Assembly: GCA_002269645.1 (NCBI GenBank)
Contig: NIVC01000434.1
Location: 1 to 64,000, forward strand
Length of the DNA stretch: 64,000 bases
Direction of reading: 5' to 3'
From: Macrostomum lignano
Taxonomy: Eukaryota
The notes under the pieces are model-generated. The model made no database searches. It saw only the letters and a list, made by a program, of their open reading frames with translations, and was not told the origin of the DNA. Below, piece after piece: positions 58,264 to 64,000 of the stretch (position 1 is the first letter of the stretch; each line of letters starts with the position of its first letter). Made by a program: the position numbers and the translations under genes.

Positions 58264-58576
58264 ACGCGAGTGCTTTGCTGAACTATTTAAAAGCGGCAGA
58301 AGCTATTGACTCGAAAGCTAAAAGTTTCAATGCCTCCACTAAAGCTTTCACGTAGAATTTACGGAGAATATTTGAATAATGGATGCTTTTAGCTACCGCT
58401 TATAAACTCAAAAATATACAGCGAAATCGATTTTTCATACGCTCTTTCACCCCTGAGGAAAAGCATACGTGTCATTTCTTATATTTATTAAGGACATCAG
58501 TAGTATGATGCGGACATTTGAAATGAAATTCTACCGTGCTTATTGAAAATACCAACGAATAGATGCAAAATGTACT

Positions 58577-61500
58577 TCACTTTGATCTCTTTGTTGATTT
58601 GACGTGTTTCAATTCCTGGTAATATTTTGCACTTCGTTTTCGTTTAGCACTACGGCATGGCTGTTTGAACTCCTCCTGCCCTTGAATTGTGTTGGGCGTT
58701 GGGGGTGAATCCCGGAGATGCTTGGCCAGCGAATCCATTGCTGATCTGATCGACAGCGCGTGAAGCTGCGGCTGAAATCCGTACAAGGGTTGCCGTGTCA
58801 AGTATGCGATACATGTGATTTTATATTTTGTGACGGTGGCGCCCAACTAGTGGTTGTGAGTGGCGCCAAACAAGTGGTGATGGGTGGCGCCAAACAAATG
58901 GTGACGGGTGGCTCCCAACATGTGGTGACGGATGGCGCCCAACTAGTGGTGACGGGTGGCGCCAAACAAGTGGTGATGGGTGGCACAAAACAAATAGTGA
59001 CGGGTGGCGCCCAACAAGTGGCGACGGATGGCGCCCAACTAATGACGACGGATGGCGCCAAACTGTTACTGGGTTCATATTCTGTCTGGTGATTACCAAA
59101 TTTTGAGAAGCACAACCTTGACAATTAACCCCCTCGAGTCTCTCCTATCTGAGAATCAGTTTGAGCTCACCCTGGCTTCAATGAAGTTTACAACAGTTGA
59201 ATTCAGCATGGACTCGGTGATCAAGTCTCGATTCCTGTGCACAGCCTGCACCAGCAGTTGATCATCCTGTCCAGGTCGGTAGTAATGCAGCAGCATCAGC
59301 AGCTCCTGAGGATCTGAATCGCCATCCGCAGCGCTGGCAAACAGATCCGCGGCATTCCAGCGGTTTGAATACTCCAGCTGAATAGCCTTCATCAATGTGT
59401 CGAAGTTCATGTAGTAGCAATCGTCGTAGTTAACCAGGCGAGATGGAAACGCTTCCCGGATGTGGTTTGGCAGGAAGTTGAACACCGGATTGACATCGGT
59501 TTGCTTGAAGCTGAAGCTGAACTTCCACGCGGAGTCAGTCCGCTTCAGCTGCTTCCAGACAAACTGTTCAGCCTCTTCGACAGATGCCGGAGATACTTCT
59601 TCAGATTCTGCTTTCAAGTGGCCAGCAACTTTTCTGCTGACTGTGCTGGTCAACTGAGAAGCGCCCAAACGGTTGCCAACTTTGAGACTGGCCAGAGCCT
59701 TCAAGCACTCTCTGGTTGTCTTCGCGCTGTCAGGAATTCTATCGATGCTGCTCATTAACTGGGCGAGTTGAGTTCTCTTATCGAACTCAGCAAACAGTTG
59801 AACCGATGCTCTGTAAACTAGATCGTCAATTTGGTAGAACTTTATTTTACCAGCAGCAGGAATTTCCTGCTTTTTGGGCATCTGAAGTTCGGGAAGAAAC
59901 AGAAATGGATGAAACTCGATACTGCCAAGCTCAGTTGGGATTAAACCGAGCTCGAACTCCTCTAGCAGACTCGGCAAGTTCTCGATCACTAAGCGAACTT
60001 CCCGAGCTATGGTAGACTTTTCGTCGTGACCTTTGTGCAAATAGATCGCCGCGTCCTGAAGGAAGAAGTGGCGCATGCACTCCATCGAACTTGCCGATGG
60101 TTCGTGGAGCTGTCTGACTAAAATCGATAGCGACTCCTCAACAAGGCTGATGAGGTTCTCCGGCCTCTGCCACTCTTCATCGGGCGTCTTGTCCAGCATG
60201 TAGAACAGCAGGTTCTTGGCGTGGTAGCTCTTTAATCCCTTGACGCGTCGTCCAATGACTTTTTTAATCAGATATTTCAAAACGACAAAGACCTGGCCCT
60301 GCAGACTCGTTAGGCTCTGCATCAGCCTGCGTTCCAACAGATTCGTACTGACCCGCATCTGGTCGCCCGCCAACTCGGGAGGAGCTGCCGCGACCACGTG
60401 GCACCAAGCCAACTGTACTTCGTCTCGGAGAGCTTGCAGCACGCTAGGTCGTATTTGCGACACGTGACTGGTCTGGAGCAGCCAGATGGGTGGATAGGAA
60501 CAGCAGGGATAAGCTTTGACGTGATCCACCGCAGGCTTCAGTATGGTTCCAGCCTCTGGCACGCTGGGACTTGACACTGCAATTTGTACAGGTTTTTTCT
60601 GCATAGAATAAATTCGGTTTCTCATGCATATACATGTATATAGATATGGGGGCAGAGCAGATCAGCGGTAAACGCGTCCAACTCTTGCGTCACGACCCCT
60701 GGTTCGATTCCGTGGGCGGTTACATTAGTTTGGGGCTTGTGTACAAATAGTGATTGGCCTGGGAGGTCTTGCGATTCAAACTCGTGAGGGTCAACCACCA
60801 AGGCACAGAGAGTGTACATGACTAAAGATTAGAAATTCAGGGCCGCTGTACACCCTACGTGAGCTTGTGTATGAATTCGTGCCTGCGTACAGTATTGGCG
60901 AGCTCGTATGTGCTCAGGAGTCATCGGAATGGGCAGAATCGCCTCATCCCTGGTTGATGTCGTTGAAGGCGTTACGCCAAGATGCTTATAAACTTTCTAC
61001 GAACATTTCATTTATTTTATTTATACGACGCAGATACGAGTAGTAGAATGTAGAATATGCTTCGTGAAATTTTAAAGGTTAAGCGGAGTTTGGCTGCGGT
61101 TAGCTGAATGGGCTGCTTGCGTCTGTCTGAATCCGAGGTGCGATGGAAATACAATGAGGCAGTTTCATACAATTTTAACGGGTCAGGCATATTTTTTCTT
61201 CGATCTTTTCTGCTCTCACATGACTGCATCTTCACGGGGTGAATTAATTTGCCATAAAATATGATAAGATCCAAATGTAGCGACTTCTGCTCTCCTTCAG
61301 TACACCATGCACTCTTCGTTGTGTACTCTCTCGTGCAATTCAGTCTAGCCTTCTCTCTCTCACCCTTTCTTCACTCTGATTGGTCCTAACTTCGTCCCTC
61401 TTTAGCCTCTCGTTCCCACTCCAGCCCCTCCATTTCTTTTTTTGAGTTCTTCACCTTTCTCCTCCGAAGGAGGAGTTCCACTCGTTTCTAATAAAAATAA

Positions 61501-64000
61501 ACTGTTGTGGGCTTCGGCCTTCATCACTGACTCTACACTGACCCCTTCTGTTGCTAAAGTATTCTCTCAGCCTCCATGCTAGCTTTATTAATTATTTTTT
61601 TCGACACCAAGTGGAATGTATAACAACCTACCATGCACTTTATAATCGATGTGGCCATCCGAATACTGCACTGGGACACAGTCGGTCTTTGAGCACATTC
61701 CAATCGGTGTGCAGCCAATCAGATGAAACGGCGGCATCGCTTCGATGCACGTGAGGTCAATGTCCGAGCCGACCTCGATTCGTCCGTCCAGCCTTGACAA
61801 GCAGTTGCCCCAACCGTCTGCGTAGCTGCCAACGACAAAGTAGCCGGCCTGGTTCTTGCTTCTGATAATCTTTTGCAGTACCGCAGCGGCGCCGCTTTGC
61901 AGAACGGAGTTCTCCCGACTGAAGCCCGAGAGCAGAAGTGACTGATGCAGCCGGAGGCTGTGTTGGACTGTGCTTTCCAATCTGGAGAATTGTTTGAAAC
62001 TTGATTGCATAAATGTGTCTAAATTTGGCTTGGCTTCCTTTCTATTAAACAGGCCCTTCCTGTTCCGTGTAAATCGTATAAGTATTCGGAGGGCAGCAGA
62101 CACCCTGGCGCAACGCCTACGGTGATATCGTCCTGCAACAAGTGGTGAGGCAATTCTACCCAGTCCGCTGATTCCTGAGCACATACTGTACGCAGGCACG
62201 CACTCATACACACGCTCACACAGGGTGTACAGCAGCCCTTTGAGTTTCTGATTGTCAGGCATGTACAAGTCAGGGTGTGAATCGCAGGACAACTCCATTG
62301 GTCAAATTTCGTGCACACAAGCCGTAAATAAATGTGGCCACACACGGGATCGAACCAGGTGTCTGTGAGCGAGCGTCGGACCAAGGACAACTGTATATAG
62401 CTATATACAGTGGTCCTTGCGTCGGACGCGTTTACCGACTGCTGGTCCCCTCTTTTCCTGGTTCTGAGATTTCGGTAACTCACCGATGAACTGGCGGCAG
62501 GATGCTTCTTTTCATTGCTATAAATCTCTTGAACTCTTCAACGAAAACTTCAGAACCAGTTAGGCCTGACAAGTCGTTTAGGTCGCTTGAGTGCAACAAT
62601 TGCGACTCAGACAGGAAGGCGAGAACCTCAATCTGGCCCCTGTAGCACGCAAAAGCGAAGCACTTCAACTCGTCGAGGAGCATCCTGTTCCAATGTTGAC
62701 GCGTCCTACGGCGTGGATTTCTGCACGATCGAAGATAGTTCAGAACTCGAATGCACCCGTTTTGAGCAGCAAGCCACAGTGGTGACATGCCCACAGGGTC
62801 CAGGACATCAACGTTAACTCCGGCATCCAGCAGTTTGATTGCGGCTTCTTCCTGACGCATGTCGATAGCTAACACAAGCCAGCTGGTACCGGATGCGCTG
62901 ACGCGGTTCAGATCCGATCCGGCTTCAATCAGGGCGCCAATCACGCCAATATTTCCGGACCGCACCGCTATGCCTAGTGGAGTCAGATGGCCTTCGCCGA
63001 CTATGTTGAAATTCGCGCCGGCTTTGAGCAGCTGCAACGCTACCGCCAAGTGACCCTCGCGCGAGGCGATCCACAATGGGCTGCAACCGAAGCAATTGCA
63101 GTCGTCAGTTCGGGCTCCAGCCTTCAGAAGCAACTCGACTACGCGAGTGTGACCACCCTCGGAGGCGAAATAGAGTGCCGAGCAGCCCTCGAACCCAGAC
63201 TGATTCACATTCGCTCCAGACTTTAGCAGCTCACGAACACACTCAGCGTGACCTTCGAGTGAAGCGGATGTCAGTGGACTGTTGCCAATCGTGCTGAGCA
63301 CTTCCACTTTAGCTCTGTACTTCAGCAGCAGACGCGTGACCTTCAGATGTCCATTAGACACTGCAGCGTGTAATGGCGAACTGCCCATGTTATCGCAGCG
63401 ATCAACAGTGGCACCAGCCCTGAGTAGACGCAACACGGTGCTGACGTGTCCGTGATCTGCCGCCGTCCATAGAGGGGAAGCATCGGTGCAGTCTGCAAGT
63501 TCAATGTCCGCCCCAGCTCGAATGAGCTCGTCAACGACCTTGACGTGACCATTCTGGGCGGCGATCCACAGTGACGTGCTGCCGTCATTCATTGGAAGAT
63601 TCAGCAGAGCGACGCTGCACATTTCCGTTGAAAGCAGAAGCCGGACAAAGGACGCGTAACCGTTCTGGGCCGCAATATACAGAGGCGTGTAGCCATCTTC
63701 AGCTTGCTGGCTGATGTCAGCGCCAGCATTGATTAGCAGCGTCGCCACCTTCACGTGACCGTACTGCGCGGCAATGTGCATCGGCGACCAGCCCCTGTTC
63801 TCCGGTAGGTCGCAGTCCGCACCAGCGGCCAGCAACGCGGCTACTGTTGCCGTTCGACGGTTCTGAACCGCCACGTAGAGCGGCGTGGCGCCGAACTCTT
63901 GGCGCGGATTCAGCAGAGCTCCGGCGGAGATCAGCCGCTTGACAACGCGGACGTGACCGCGCCAAGCGGCTGCGCACAGCGGCGTCCAGCCGTTGCGCTG
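58577..64000 (-). CDS. Ankyrin-repeat + cGAS/Mab-21-like nucleotidyltransferase (candidate cGLR); 5' end lies beyond the window
   Basis: Exons on the minus strand: >64000-62484 (open to the window edge; at least 13 ankyrin repeats, e.g. GWTPLCAAAWRGHVRVVKRLISAGA, GYTPLYIAAQNG); 62041-61632 (NTase core VVGSYADGWG...GSDIDLT); 60576-59171 (AVDHVKAYPC, WCHVVA, MRVSTNLLERRL, VLKYL, LKSYHAKNLLFY, W, MRHFFL = Mab-21 C-terminal helical domain); 58771-58577 (basic tail, tentative). Junction phases 2/1/0 are all consistent with GT-AG. Confidence 0.88.
58842..59062 (+). repeat. 24-bp repeat (GGTGACGGGTGGCGCCCAACAAGT) in the last intron of the ANK-NTase gene
   Basis: About 9 degenerate copies. Confidence 0.88.
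60648..61024 (+). mobile_element. tRNA-derived SINE, copy A (fullest copy)
   Basis: GGGGGCAGAGCAGATCAGCGG A-box-like head, B-box GGTTCGATTCC at 60701, body shared with copies B and C (e.g. CCAAGGCACAG..GTGTACATG), T-rich tail tttattttattt. Confidence 0.75.
62095..62450 (-). mobile_element. tRNA-derived SINE, copy B (diverged; interrupted by a 38-bp insertion)
   Basis: Shares cggtaaacgcgtcc, cctggttcgatYccgtg, ggcttgtgt, tgcgattca, gctgtacaccct, gtgcctgcgtacagt, tatgtgctcagga and gcgttRcgcca, in order, with copy A. Confidence 0.72.
62382..62419. mobile_element. 38-bp palindromic micro-element (TIR-TIR) with 8-bp target-site duplication
   Basis: CAAGGACAACTGTATATAG|CTATATACAGTGGTCCTTG (19+19 nt, 1 mismatch), flanked by identical CGTCGGAC at 62374-62381 and 62420-62427. 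Confidence 0.8.

Noticed and set aside
58760-59124. VVTGGAKQ-repeat ORF on the plus strand
   Set aside because: It is a 24-bp intronic minisatellite that is open on both strands; no plausible start or splice context.
62042-62298. N-terminal part of ORF 61588-62298 (MELSCDSHP...LFNR) as coding sequence
   Set aside because: Most of it is SINE copy B (homologous to 60648-61024). The phase-compatible acceptor is at 62041.

Overview
Eukaryotic (metazoan) genomic DNA with spliced genes and a very high load of micro- and minisatellites. The style (GC-rich exons with poly-Q/poly-A runs, introns filled with satellites) suggests a free-living flatworm such as Macrostomum; this is inference, not established. 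Four protein-coding genes could be reconstructed by hand with phase-consistent GT-AG junctions. (1) An intronless Kekkon-like LRR-Ig-TM receptor (19635-21956, -). (2) A 14-exon Dachs-type unconventional myosin with a degenerate motor (38381-53029, +). (3) A two-exon FAM166/CIMIP2 ciliary microtubule inner protein with an RFX X-box upstream (54864-56728, +). (4) A 5'-truncated gene encoding at least 13 ankyrin repeats fused to a cGAS/Mab-21-type nucleotidyltransferase with an apparently intact catalytic triad and a basic C-terminal exon (58577->64000, -); this is the most interesting object, a candidate ankyrin-cGLR innate immune sensor. Also present: three copies of a tRNA-derived SINE, two of them flanking the nucleotidyltransferase exon in inverted orientation; a 38-bp palindromic micro-transposon with an 8-bp target-site duplication; hAT-like MITEs; two Helitron-like 3' ends; a near-identical duplicated myosin P-loop exon fragment embedded in a TCTA microsatellite; and about 30 tandem arrays. 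Most long ORFs in the supplied track are artefacts of these repeats.
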